Assembly (NCBI GenBank): GCA_965240325.2
Contig: OZ251235.1
Coordinates: forward strand, 186,001-250,000
Direction: 5' to 3'
Length of the DNA stretch: 64,000 bases
Origin: Rebecca billardiae RCC1528
Taxonomy: Eukaryota > Protista > Haptophyta
Shown here: positions 44,801 to 56,717 of the stretch, piece after piece
How positions within the stretch are numbered: position 1 is the stretch's first letter
Layout of the letters: the number at the start of each line of letters is the position of its first letter
Translations under genes and position numbers: made by a program
The notes under the pieces: model-generated
What the model was told of the DNA's origin: nothing
Database searches by the model: none
Seen by the model: only the letters and a program-made list of their open reading frames with translations

Positions 44801-47800
44801 CGCGCGCGTGCGCGTAAGGGTGTCGTCCAGCCTCTGCGGCACTCAGACTCTGGAAGGCTGCTGCGGTGCACACATGTGCCTTCCTCAGCCGCCTCACGCG
44901 CCAAGTGGCACGCATCACGGCGGCGAGAGCGTCCGCGACGTTGGCGATCGCAGGGCCGACCCCTAGCAGCTTCAGCGCCTCGTCCTCGGTACCGCCCGGA
45001 GCCCAAAGCTGCTGAAGCTCTGGGCCGACCACGATCTCACACTCACCTACCGTGCAGCAGGGGCCTGCTTTGCGAGCGCGGTCGTACGTGCATGGTCCCT
45101 TGCTCCACGGTGTGCTTTCTCTCGCAAATCCGCTGCTGATCGCGCCTCTCAGCCATGCGCCCAGCGCCGCCGCGACAAGCTGCGCAGCGCCGCGGCTGTC
45201 GGCGCGCGCGAGGGCGGCCGCGACTAGGCACGCGACGGCAGGCGGTGCGCTGTGCGGCGCGGCGGCGGGCGGCGCGTTCGGCACTGCCGGCGCCACAGAG
45301 GCCGCGCGCTCGCAGCTGAGATTGCGGTGCGCGTCTACCCATCACCCGCGTCGCCGACCGCTGGCGGCAGCGGTGGCCGCCGAGGGCCGCGCGCACTGGC
45401 GGCGTAGGTGTGCCGCGCGCCGCCGAGCGTGCACGCGGGCGCGCGTGTGTGCGTCACGTCGTCGGGAAAGGGCAACGCCACGGCGCCCCGCATCTGCCGC
45501 GGCCGGCATGGCGACACGAGATACGGCCGCGTCCCCCGAAGGTCAGCGGCGCTAACACCGAAGTCAGCAACGTGAGCAGCGCCAACCTCGACGCTGACAA
45601 GAGCTGGACTGCTTCGGCTTAGCTGTCAGACGCCACGTGGGTGGTCAGGCGCGTCCCCTGCCGACACGTGCATATGTGCCAGTGGGAGTGATGCACGCGA
45701 GGCCACGGCGTTTAGCGTCGATCGTGCGTTGCCAAACGCGCCTTGAGGTCGCTCCCCACGCGCGGTCTGTGAGGGTGTTTGAACCCCTCGCCGGGCGCCA
45801 TCGTCAGCGACCAAGTGCGAGGGCCGGAGGAGGGGAGTCAACGAGGGCCAAGGGCGTTGTCGCCACGAGGCCTCCGCCAACTCGTGCAACCATTGGCTGA
45901 GCCAAAAGATGGCAGTCTGAAGTCCTATGTGAGCCAAAAGATAGCCCAATAAGTAAAAGTCCTGCCTAGGCCCTTCCGGACAGCCAAAAGAGTCCACCAG
46001 CATGCCCTAGTAGCCGTAAGCGGGCAAATTGTCCATGCTGGTGGAGTTATTGTAAACTCGCGCCAGAAAAAAGGAGAGGGGAGGAAAAAGGAGGGGGAGG
46101 AGGGAAGGAGGGAGAAGAGAGGGGGAGAAGAGAGGGAGGAAAAGGAGGATCATCGTAGTCGGTGATAGTGGTCAGTCTGATACAGCTGGGCGCTCGGTCA
46201 GGGACATCATGTCTCGGCTACAGACGTGACATCCGTCGACTGTAGTGGCTGAATCGGTTACGCCTGCTCGTCGTCGCGCGCTCGGCGCTTCGAAATCACT
46301 GTCGTGGTGCCGTGATTGTGACAACAGGCGACGACAGTGACCCTCCGCCGCAGGCAAAGCGCACGCCGTCAGACCTGGGCTCAGTGAGGCGGTAGCGGTG
46401 CGCACACGCCCTGCCGTCACAAACACATGCCGATGCATTCAATGGGCGTCTGGCTGTTTCACTCATCGACAACTGCTGCCGAGCAAGAGGAGCGCTCGAG
46501 TGAGGCGCGTCTAAGGCATGGTATCACGCCACGCAGTCAGCGGCCAGCGAGCAAGTGGGCGGCACTCCGCCCATCAGCAGCCTCCGCACACGTGTGAGCT
46601 GTGGTGGAGCTGTGCAGGTGGTCACGCGACAGACGAGAGGAGGCGGCGGAATGCGGGCGAACAGTCGCCTCAGCCGATGCGCACGAAAGCGTGTGTCGGT
46701 CAGCGGATGGCTACCTCGTACACACACGGCACAGTGCACGGCTGCCAACAGCACGTGCCACTGGGTGGGTCGCTCTCACAAAGGACTCAGCGCCGCGAGA
46801 GCGAGGAGCGCTGGCCTGACGACGGGGGGCGCGAGTGCAGGTGCGGTGGACCGGTGCCGCGGCCTGTATGCGACTCCCGATGCAAATGCGCGCGCGCGTG
46901 CGCGTAAGGGTGTCGTCCAGCCTCTGCGGCACTCAGACTCTGGAAGGCTGCTGCGGTGCACACATGTGCCTTCCTCAGCCGCCTCACGCGCCAAGTGGCA
47001 CGCATCACGGCGGCGAGAGCGTCCGCGACGTTGGCGATCGCAGGGCCGACCCCTAGCAGCTTCAGCGCCTCGTCCTCGGTACCGCCCGGAGCCCAAAGCT
47101 GCTGAAGCTCTGGGCCGACCACGATCTCACACTCACCTACCGTGCAGCAGGGGCCTGCTTTGCGAGCGCGGTCGTACGTGCATGGTCCCTTGCTCCACGG
47201 TGTGCTTTCTCTCGCAAATCCGCTGCTGATCGCGCCTCTCAGCCATGCGCCCAGCGCCGCCGCGACAAGCTGCGCAGCGCCGCGGCTGTCGGCGCGCGCG
47301 AGGGCGGCCGCGACTAGGCACGCGACGGCAGGCGGTGCGCTGTGCGGCGCGGCGGCGGGCGGCGCGTTCGGCACTGCCGGCGCCACAGAGGCCGCGCGCT
47401 CGCAGCTGAGATTGCGGTGCGCGTCTACCCATCACCCGCGTCGCCGACCGCTGGCGGCAGCGGTGGCCGCCGAGGGCCGCGCGCACTGGCGGCGTAGGTG
47501 TGCCGCGCGCCGCCGAGCGTGCACGCGGGCGCGCGTGTGTGCGTCACGTCGTCGGGAAAGGGCAACGCCACGGCGCCCCGCATCTGCCGCGGCCGGCATG
47601 GCGACACGAGATACGGCCGCGTCCCCCGAAGGTCAGCGGCGCTAACACCGAAGTCAGCAACGTGAGCAGCGCCAACCTCGACGCTGACAAGAGCTGGACT
47701 GCTTCGGCTTAGCTGTCAGACGCCACGTGGGTGGTCAGGCGCGTCCCCTGCCGACACGTGCATATGTGCCAGTGGGAGTGATGCACGCGAGGCCACGGCG

Positions 47801-50195
47801 TTTAGCGTCGATCGTGCGTTGCCAAACGCGCCTTGAGGTCGCTCCCCACGCGCGGTCTGTGAGGGTGTTTGAACCCCTCGCCGGGCGCCATCGTCAGCGA
47901 CCAAGTGCGAGGGCCGGAGGAGGGGAGTCAACGAGGGCCAAGGGCGTTGTCGCCACGAGGCCTCCGCCAACTCGTGCAACCATTGGCTGAGCCAAAAGAT
48001 GGCAGTCTGAAGTCCTATGTGAGCCAAAAGATAGCCCAATAAGTAAAAGTCCTGCCTAGGCCCTTCCGGACAGCCAAAAGAGTCCACCAGCATGCCCTAG
48101 TAGCCGTAAGCGGGCAAATTGTCCATGCTGGTGGAGTTATTGTAAACTCGCGCCAGAAAAAAGGAGAGGGGAGGAAAAAGGAGGGGGAGGAGGGAAGGAG
48201 GGAGAAGAGAGGGGGAGAAGAGAGGGAGGAAAAGGAGGATCATCGTAGTCGGTGATAGTGGTCAGTCTGATACAGCTGGGCGCTCGGTCAGGGACATCAT
48301 GTCTCGGCTACAGACGTGACATCCGTCGACTGTAGTGGCTGAATCGGTTACGCCTGCTCGTCGTCGCGCGCTCGGCGCTTCGAAATCACTGTCGTGGTGC
48401 CGTGATTGTGACAACAGGCGACGACAGTGACCCTCCGCCGCAGGCAAAGCGCACGCCGTCAGACCTGGGCTCAGTGAGGCGGTAGCGGTGCGCACACGCC
48501 CTGCCGTCACAAACACATGCCGATGCATTCAATGGGCGTCTGGCTGTTTCACTCATCGACAACTGCTGCCGAGCAAGAGGAGCGCTCGAGTGAGGCGCGT
48601 CTAAGGCATGGTATCACGCCACGCAGTCAGCGGCCAGCGAGCAAGTGGGCGGCACTCCGCCCATCAGCAGCCTCCGCACACGTGTGAGCTGTGGTGGAGC
48701 TGTGCAGGTGGTCACGCGACAGACGAGAGGAGGCGGCGGAATGCGGGCGAACAGTCGCCTCAGCCGATGCGCACGAAAGCGTGTGTCGGTCAGCGGATGG
48801 CTACCTCGTACACACACGGCACAGTGCACGGCTGCCAACAGCACGTGCCACTGGGTGGGTCGCTCTCACAAAGGACTCAGCGCCGCGAGAGCGAGGAGCG
48901 CTGGCCTGACGACGGGGGGCGCGAGTGCAGGTGCGGTGGACCGGTGCCGCGGCCTGTATGCGACTCCCGATGCAAATGCGCGCGCGCGTGCGCGTAAGGG
49001 TGTCGTCCAGCCTCTGCGGCACTCAGACTCTGGAAGGCTGCTGCGGTGCACACATGTGCCTTCCTCAGCCGCCTCACGCGCCAAGTGGCACGCATCACGG
49101 CGGCGAGAGCGTCCGCGACGTTGGCGATCGCAGGGCCGACCCCTAGCAGCTTCAGCGCCTCGTCCTCGGTACCGCCCGGAGCCCAAAGCTGCTGAAGCTC
49201 TGGGCCGACCACGATCTCACACTCACCTACCGTGCAGCAGGGGCCTGCTTTGCGAGCGCGGTCGTACGTGCATGGTCCCTTGCTCCACGGTGTGCTTTCT
49301 CTCGCAAATCCGCTGCTGATCGCGCCTCTCAGCCATGCGCCCAGCGCCGCCGCGACAAGCTGCGCAGCGCCGCGGCTGTCGGCGCGCGCGAGGGCGGCCG
49401 CGACTAGGCACGCGACGGCAGGCGGTGCGCTGTGCGGCGCGGCGGCGGGCGGCGCGTTCGGCACTGCCGGCGCCACAGAGGCCGCGCGCTCGCAGCTGAG
49501 ATTGCGGTGCGCGTCTACCCATCACCCGCGTCGCCGACCGCTGGCGGCAGCGGTGGCCGCCGAGGGCCGCGCGCACTGGCGGCGTAGGTGTGCCGCGCGC
49601 CGCCGAGCGTGCACGCGGGCGCGCGTGTGTGCGTCACGTCGTCGGGAAAGGGCAACGCCACGGCGCCCCGCATCTGCCGCGGCCGGCATGGCGACACGAG
49701 ATACGGCCGCGTCCCCCGAAGGTCAGCGGCGCTAACACCGAAGTCAGCAACGTGAGCAGCGCCAACCTCGACGCTGACAAGAGCTGGACTGCTTCGGCTT
49801 AGCTGTCAGACGCCACGTGGGTGGTCAGGCGCGTCCCCTGCCGACACGTGCATATGTGCCAGTGGGAGTGATGCACGCGAGGCCACGGCGTTTAGCGTCG
49901 ATCGTGCGTTGCCAAACGCGCCTTGAGGTCGCTCCCCACGCGCGGTCTGTGAGGGTGTTTGAACCCCTCGCCGGGCGCCATCGTCAGCGACCAAGTGCGA
50001 GGGCCGGAGGAGGGGAGTCAACGAGGGCCAAGGGCGTTGTCGCCACGAGGCCTCCGCCAACTCGTGCAACCATTGGCTGAGCCAAAAGATGGCAGTCTGA
50101 AGTCCTATGTGAGCCAAAAGATAGCCCAATAAGTAAAAGTCCTGCCTAGGCCCTTCCGGACAGCCAAAAGAGTCCACCAGCATGCCCTAGTAGCC
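41843..50195. mobile_element. E4: head-to-tail tandem array of four 2083-bp TIR elements (41843-43925, 43933-46015, 46023-48105, 48113-50195), period 2090
   Basis: Imperfect TIR GGCAAATTGTCCATGCTGGTGGA versus GGCTACTAGGGCATGCTGGTGGA (reverse complement of the end). 8-bp TSD GTAAGCGA at 41835-41842 and 50196-50203. Internal spacers GTAAGCG. Identical ORF sets recur every 2090 nt. Confidence 0.9.
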
Positions 50196-50262
50196 GTAAG
50201 CGAAGCTCCGGCGCCGGACTCCGCTGGAGTCGGCGACCCTGACCACCCTTGGTGTGCGCAAG

Positions 50263-51392
50263 CAAGGGCGGTAAGGGCTGTCAACTCCCAGTGGCGCCGA
50301 GTGGCGGAGGTTGGTTGCCCCTCAACTCGTGCGGCCTCGCGGCGCAGCGGCTAAGTCTCCTGGGGCGCCGCCCAGGAGGGCGCGTGGGGTGCGCACGCCG
50401 CGTGCTCCTGCGGCCGCGGCAGCGGCCGCGGACACGGCGCGCGTGGTTGGTCGCATGCTAGACAGTATGTAGTACCCTCCCACGCCGCGCGCCGTGCTCG
50501 CCGGTGCCCTCGCCGTGCCTCAGGCCAGCCGCGCACGCGCGCCGCACCAATGGCCAGCCGTGGCCACGCGCCAGCCGCCGGCGCGCGCGCGGTGCGCGGT
50601 GCGGTCGGCGCGGGTCGGGCGCGCGCCCGGGGCGAGGCTTGTGTATGTTGGGCGCGCGTCATGCCGCCTCGCGCCGCCGCGCTGGAGCCCGCATGGGTCG
50701 GCGCGCACGCGTTCTCATGCTGTCGAGTGTGCATTGCCATGTTTGAAAATGCTCATGTTGAGACGATCATGGGAAGGCAGCGACGCGTGATAGACAAGCG
50801 CAGACCACTGATATGAGCACGACTAGCATCATACTATGGCACGCGAGCCCCCAAGTGCTCGCGTTCCTCGCACTCAGTGCGCTCACAGCCGCTTGTCCAA
50901 GCTCATTTCTGATGGCCGAGGAATGCTCGACGAGCACCCTTCAGCAGCCGCGTGGAACGTGATCAAGCTCGTGTGCGGCGGCGCGAGGCGGCATGACGCG
51001 CGCCCATCATACACAAGCCTCGCCCCGGGCGCGCGCCCGACCCGCGCCGACCGCACCGCGCACCGCGCGCGCGCCGGCGGCTGGCGCGTGGCCACGGCTG
51101 GCCATTGGTGCGGCGCGCGTGCGCGGCTGGCCTGAGGCACGGCGAGGGCACCGGCGAGCACGGCGCGCGGCGTGGGAGGGTACTACATACTGTCTAGCAT
51201 GCGACCAACCACGCGCGCCGTGTTCGCGGCCGCTGCCGCGGCCGCAGGAGCACGCGGCGTGCGCACCCCACGCGCCCTCCTGGGCGGCGCCCCAGGAGAC
51301 TTAGCCGCTGCGCCGCGAGGCCGCACGAGTTGAGGGGCAACCAACCTCCGCCACTCGGCGCCACTGGGAGTTGACAGCCCTTACCGCCCTTG
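50263..51392. mobile_element. E2: non-autonomous P/Galileo-like foldback element, 1130 bp, 418-bp TIRs
   Basis: Ends CAAGGGCGGTAAGGG / CCCTTACCGCCCTTG. Arms 50263-50680 and 50975-51392. 7-bp TSD GCGCAAG at 50256-50262 and 51393-51399. Confidence 0.88.
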
Positions 51393-51557
51393 GCGCAAGG
51401 GAGGTCGTGTGCGCCCGCGCCGCGCGAATTCCTTTGGCGCGAGTGCGCGAGAGTTGAGCGACCGGTGGCTGACGTCTTGCTCGGGAGGCGCGCTAGCGCG
51501 AGCTCTCGCGGCGAGGCGCCGGTCCGAGCCGAGGTAGCACGCTCGCGAGCATCGAAC

Positions 51558-53216
51558 ATGTGGCCGGACGAGGACGACCTCTGCAGTGGTTGGACTCAGG
51601 ACGAGGACGGCGTGGCTGGCGCGCCGGGTGTCAACCAGCGCGATGTTGACGAGGGCGACTCGCCTCTGGTGCTCGACGACGCGGCGTGCGCCGATCGTGC
51701 TTCGGAGGGCGACGGCGGAGCGGTCGGCAAGGCACCCGATGCCGTCGGCGACTGTCACCGGCGTGCGCAGCTCACGTGCGTCGACGAACCCTTGAGTGGC
51801 GACCTCCAGCCCGAGCAGCAGCACGCCCCGCACACCGACGGCACGGGCAGCGAGCCGGCTCGCAAGCAGGCGCCCGAAGGCAAAAGCGCGTGGCTGCACG
51901 GCACAAGGGAGAAGACGTCGCCGTACATTGGCGTCTCCTTGTATCGTGGCCTTTGGCGCTCGTATATCAATGCGAACGGCTTCGCCAAGGGCCTGGGCTT
52001 ATTCGAGGACGCGGAGGAGGCCGCGCGCGCGTACGACCGTATCGCCTCCAAGCTCGGCCGCGCCATCAACTTCCCGGATGAGGTGCCGGAGGGCGGGTAC
52101 GTGCTGAACGAGGAGGAGGAGGAGGTCGTGGATCCCCGGCGCCGGCCCTCCGCGCAGAACAGGCACCTTCGCGACCGCGCGTCCCTCAAGAAGCCCCAGG
52201 CACCGGAGCCACCGAGCACGCGCGCACAGCCCGCTGCCAGGCTGGGGCGCGAGCTGCGCGAGCGAGCGGCGATCAGGCCACCGCCGTACATGCCTCCCTT
52301 CCACCATGGCTCGCACAGCGCGGGGCCCGCGCCCGCTGCGAAGCGCCGCCGCACAGAGCGGGCGGAGGGCGACCGAGCCGCTTCGGCGCCTCGGCCCCGG
52401 CTGTCGCCGGTCCGGCGCTCCGCGGCCGGCGAGGGCGCCTCGGACGACGGCGCGAGTTCCACCGATGTCGAGCAGGAGGAGAGCGAGGCGGAGGAGGAGG
52501 AGGAGGAGGAGGAGGAGGAGAGTTCGGACGAGGAGCCCGAGGCGGGGGCAGAGGCCGCCGCCGAGTGCAAGAGCAAGCGGCCCACCTCCAAGTTCACGGG
52601 GGTGTCCGCGGCCAACGACGACGGCAGCCGGTGGATCGCGCGGATTGCGAGTGAGCACATCGGCTCCTACGGCAGCGAGGAGGAGGCGGCGCGAGCGTAC
52701 GACGCCGAGGCTGTCAAGCTTGGCGGCTCGTACCTCCAGAGGCTCAACTTCCGGCTCGAGCACGGCTTGTCCGGCAAGGCGCAGGAGCGGCCGCGGCCGA
52801 AGCCCACGCACGCCAACGGCGGCGGGCAGCCCATCCCGCCCGCGCAGGCGTCGCACGTACCCGCCCCGGAGGCCGCATCGACGCCGGCTGCCACTGCCGG
52901 CCGCGGCCCACGCGTCCACAGTGCAGGCCCGCGGGCGCAGCCCTCTTCAGCTGCACGCCCCACGGCCACCCCGTCACCGCCGCAAGGTCGCTACCCATCG
53001 AGCACACCCTCGCCGAGCGGCGACACTCCCACCTTCCCGGGGAGTGCGCAGGCCGCTTCGACTTCGAGCGCGGAGCACGCCGACCTGATGCGCCTCTTCG
53101 TCTCCGGGCTCAAGCACGCGCGGGAGTTGCACGCTGAAGGCCACGTGGAGTCCGAGTTCGTCGCGTCGACGGCGCAGTACCTCCTGGGCGCACTCAGGCA
53201 GGCGTCTGGGCAGTAG
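51558..53216 (+). CDS. Transcription factor with two AP2/ERF domains
   Basis: TSPYIGVS...WRSYI...LGLFEDAEEAARAYD...INFP and TSKFTGVS...RWIARI...IGSYGSEEEAARAYD...LNF. NLS-like AKRRR and an acidic tract. First ATG at 51558. Confidence 0.88.
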   Translation: MWPDEDDLCSGWTQDEDGVAGAPGVNQRDVDEGDSPLVLDDAACADRASEGDGGAVGKAPDAVGDCHRRAQLTCVDEPLSGDLQPEQQHAPHTDGTGSEPARKQAPEGKSAWLHGTREKTSPYIGVSLYRGLWRSYINANGFAKGLGLFEDAEEAARAYDRIASKLGRAINFPDEVPEGGYVLNEEEEEVVDPRRRPSAQNRHLRDRASLKKPQAPEPPSTRAQPAARLGRELRERAAIRPPPYMPPFHHGSHSAGPAPAAKRRRTERAEGDRAASAPRPRLSPVRRSAAGEGASDDGASSTDVEQEESEAEEEEEEEEEESSDEEPEAGAEAAAECKSKRPTSKFTGVSAANDDGSRWIARIASEHIGSYGSEEEAARAYDAEAVKLGGSYLQRLNFRLEHGLSGKAQERPRPKPTHANGGGQPIPPAQASHVPAPEAASTPAATAGRGPRVHSAGPRAQPSSAARPTATPSPPQGRYPSSTPSPSGDTPTFPGSAQAASTSSAEHADLMRLFVSGLKHARELHAEGHVESEFVASTAQYLLGALRQASGQ

Positions 53217-53294
53217 GCGACGCTCGAGCTCGGATGGCGATCGGGTTCCCGGACTCCGGAGACGTGTAAGTAAGTATCTGACACATCAGCATCG

Positions 53295-55247
53295 GGCTCC
53301 GGCTTCGGTCCACCCCCCCCCCCCCCAGTCCGGTCACTGGAGCGTTACATCTTGACACGGCATTCGGCGGGATCGCCGCGGCCTCTGGTGATTTACAATT
53401 TTAGCTTACTTAGACCACCCCAGGCCCTCGGGCTCGGGCCAGGCGGTCCCTTCAGACCCTTCCAGGACGAATTGTCTCTCTCTCTCTCTATATATATATA
53501 TAGTGATGGCGACCAGACTATGGAATCCAAAATGGAACGATATTGGATCATCAGCCATAATGACCGCGTTCCGCGGTCCTTTTCTGCATAGAATCAACGC
53601 AGTTGGGGGCCCGCGGTGGCCGTGCAATCGCGGCTCTCCGCCGTAGTGGCAGTTCGCCAGTTGAAGTCGGTTCTGAGATGACTGAAGCTATATTAGTCCG
53701 ACCGTCGCCCTGCCTGCGCGACCGCGAGACTCATTCACACTTATTCACACAATCACAGCAGCGGACCTGAGACCGCACCCGGCACCGGTCGTCAAATCGG
53801 ACGTCCGTCTGACAACTAGCTGCCAAATGTCCAACTGGCTGATCAGCTCGGATCCGACCCGTCCGCGATCGTGTCATCGGCATCGGAATTACTACTAGTA
53901 GCTGCCAAACTGTGTCCAACTCTGGCTGATCAGCTCGGATCCGACCCGTCCGCGATCGTGCCGAGTGAGTCGTGCCGCGGAGCTCGGAGTACTGAAGGAG
54001 TCGGGTGTGACAGCAGGGTGCTTTAGCGCTGCGGCCCGTGCCAGCCAACGACCAGACGTACTCTGGCCACTTGACCCGTTGCACGGGTGAGTGACCGTAC
54101 GCCCTGCCTAGTGCCTACCGCGCGCGCCGCGCGACCGGCGACTCGGGGTGATGGAGAGCGGATGGCGACAGCAGCAGCAGTCCTCATGAAGACGATGAAA
54201 GTGGAGGCTTGGGTGCACGAGGTGGCAGGCGAAAGCGCGCCGACGAGACCGCATTTGACACACCTGAGCCGCACGCGCGTGCCGTCGCCGACCGGCGAGC
54301 GCTGCAAACGCGCAACCGTACCGCGCGCGCCACGACGGCGCGGCACTAGCTGATGCAGGCCGTACTGCCGGCACTGCTTCTGCGATCATGCGCCACGGTC
54401 GCAGCTGACTGCGTGAGCAGCAAGCGGGAGGCGGGTCCGGAGGCACGTGCAGGCGCCGTCCCGCATATCCGCCATCGCCCATCGTGCCGGGGCACGTCAC
54501 CTCCGACGATCCGGATGTGGCCCAGTCCGGACGTCACGCGATCCGGGAAGACGAGTACGATTCGCTCGTCGTAACGAACCGTTACACTAATGTCACGTCC
54601 AGCTGACGTCCAGATCGCACTTTACTTAAGGGAATCAGCTGGGCACGGTTTTTTTTGGCCTGATAGACCTCTCAATGCGATCTCAAAAACTCGAAACTCG
54701 GTCTCCGCCAGCCCTAAAAATCGCCCCCCGTCCCTTTTTTTCCGCCGCCCCCCGTCCCTTTTTTCTTGCTGATCAAAGATCTTTTTGAAACGTGGTTCGG
54801 GCCCGCTGGTGCGGGCTCCACGCTGCGCGCTCCGCCCTGCACCGCGGGCCATTATAATAATAATAACATATCGTCACCTCCAATAATAGGTTCAGACTCT
54901 ATTTTCTATGACTAAATACCCAATCCGGGAGATATTTTCGCATCATCATATGTACACAAGCGCGTGTCCCGGGAACGCTCCTGGACTGTGCTGAAATCTG
55001 AGTAGCTTAAGCCTAAGGGACGGGTAATTACAAAGTAAAAATCTATAGAGTCTGAAGCTATAGGGAGGTTGTCGGACGATGATGCCCGCCCCCCTATTTC
55101 TCGTTGAAGTCATGCATCAATCTGAATCGCCGGGGGTCGGAAGGGACTCTGCTGCATGGTCCGCTTGGTTGACTTCGGCAATCGGGGCCAAGACGTAACG
55201 GAGCTGGGGGGGGGGGGGGGGGGGGGGGGTGGACCGGAGCCGGAGCC
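53295..55247. mobile_element. E5: TIR element with poly-C/poly-G subterminal tracts and a 4-bp TSD, carrying a nested copy of repeat B
   Basis: Ends GGCTCCGGCTTCGGTCCAC(C)n / (G)nTGGACCGGAGCCGGAGCC. ATCG at 53291-53294 and 55248-55251. Further inverted match GTTACATCTTG / CAAGACGTAAC. Confidence 0.65.
53560..54852 (+). repeat. ~1.3-kb repeat 'B', copy 1 (ATGACCGCG...CGCGGGCCAT, flanked by TA)
   Basis: Inverted match to 55445-56717. Terminal hairpin GACCGCG-TTC-CGCGGTC. Internal direct repeat GCTGATCAGCTCGGATCCGACCCGTCCGCGATCGTG. Confidence 0.85.
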
Positions 55248-55444
55248 ATCGCCCATGTGCATGCACAGTGACAGCCAGACAGTGTCTCAGTCTGAGCAGA
55301 CTACTGCTAGACGGCACAGACAATCACGAGGCCCTTGCAGTATGACGGTATGTATACGTACATAGCAGCAGAAACGTTAGTATAGCACTTAGCAGTTCGG
55401 AATCATCGCGATTGTCTGATTGTAATCTAACCGCAGAATAGCTT

Positions 55445-56717
55445 ATGGCCCGCGGTGCAGGGCGGAGCGCGCAGCGTGGAGCCCGCACTGCGGGCCCGAA
55501 CCACGTTTCAAAAAGATCTTTGATCAAGAAAAAAGGGACGGGGGCGCGATTTTTAGGGCTGGCGGAGACCGAGTTTCGAGTTTTTGAGATCGCATAGAGA
55601 GGTCTATTAGGCCGAAAAACACCGCGTCCAGCTGATTCCCTAAGTAAAGTGGACGTGACTTTAACGTAACGGTTCGTTACGAGCGAATCGTATTCGTCGT
55701 CCCGGATCGCGTGACGTCCGGACTGGGCCACATCCGGATCCTCGGAGGTGACGTGCCCCGGCACTCGATGGCGGATGCGGGACGGCAACCCCTGGCTTCG
55801 AGCGCGCCTGCACGTGCCTCCGGACCCGCCTCCCGCTTGCTGCTCACGCAGTCAGCTGCGACCGTGGCGCATGATCGCAGAAGCAGTGCCGGCAGTACGG
55901 CCTGCATCAGCTAGTGCCGCGCCGTCGTGGCGCGCGCGGTAGTTGCGCCGTTTGCAGCGCTCGCCGCTCGGCGACGGCACGCGCGTGCGGCTCAGGAGTG
56001 TCAAATGCGGTCTCGTCGGCGCGCTTTCGCCTGCCACCTCGTGCACCCAAGCCTCCACTTTCATCGTCTTCATGAGGACTGCTGCTGCTGTCGCCATCCG
56101 CTCTCCATCACCCCGAGTCGCGCGGCGCGCGCGGTAGGCAGGGCGTCTGGGCGTACGGTCACTCACCCGTGCAACGGGTCAAGTGGCCAGAGTACGTCTG
56201 GTCGTTGGCTGGCACGGGCCGCAGCGCTAAAGCACCCTGCTGTCACACCCGACTCCTTCAGTACTCCGAGCTCCGCGGCACGACTCACTCGGCACGATCG
56301 CGGACGGGTCGGATCCGAGCTGATCAGCCAGAGTTGGACACAGTTTGGCAGCTACTAGTAGTAATAGTTGTCAGACGGACGTCCGATGCCGATGGCACGA
56401 TCGCGGACGGGTCGGATCCGAGCTGATCAGCCAGTTGGACATTTGGCAGCTAGTTGATGTCAGACGGACGTCCGATTTGACGACCGGTGCCGGGTGCGGT
56501 CTCAGGTCCGCTGCTGTGATTGTGTGAAGTGTGAATGAGTCTCGCGGGACCTCGCGCAGGCAGGGCGACGGTCGGACTAATAGCTTCAGTCATCTCAGAA
56601 CCGACTTCAACTGGCGAACTGCCACTACGGCGGAGAGCAGCGATTCGGCACGGCCACCGCGGGCCCCTAACTGACTGCGTTGATTCTATGCAGAAAAGGA
56701 CCGCGGAACGCGGTCAT
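55445..56717 (-). repeat. ~1.3-kb repeat 'B', copy 2, abutting a (TA)n tract
   Basis: Inverted match to 53560-54852 with small indels. Confidence 0.85.

Larger units (their letters stand above)
31304..50251. mobile_element. E1: non-autonomous P/Galileo-like foldback DNA transposon (~1.09 kb native) expanded to 18.9 kb by nested insertions
   Basis: Ends CAAGGGTGGTCAGGGTCGCCGACTCC / GGAGTCGGCGACCCTGACCACCCTTG. 7-bp TSD GTGTGCG at 31297-31303 and 50252-50258. ~400-bp inverted arms: 31304-31328 + 40828-41209 versus 41492-41842 + 50204-50251. Confidence 0.82.

Noticed and set aside
31208-51557. Idea that the TE nest splits the AP2 coding sequence
   Set aside because: The reconstructed empty-site frame is open but has a stop at 31202 and no ATG before 51558, so the insertions are upstream or in the 5' UTR unless an upstream exon exists.
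53560-56717. Single giant TIR transposon with 1.3-kb arms
   Set aside because: E5's TSD-defined ends enclose only the left copy, which favours two independent insertions.
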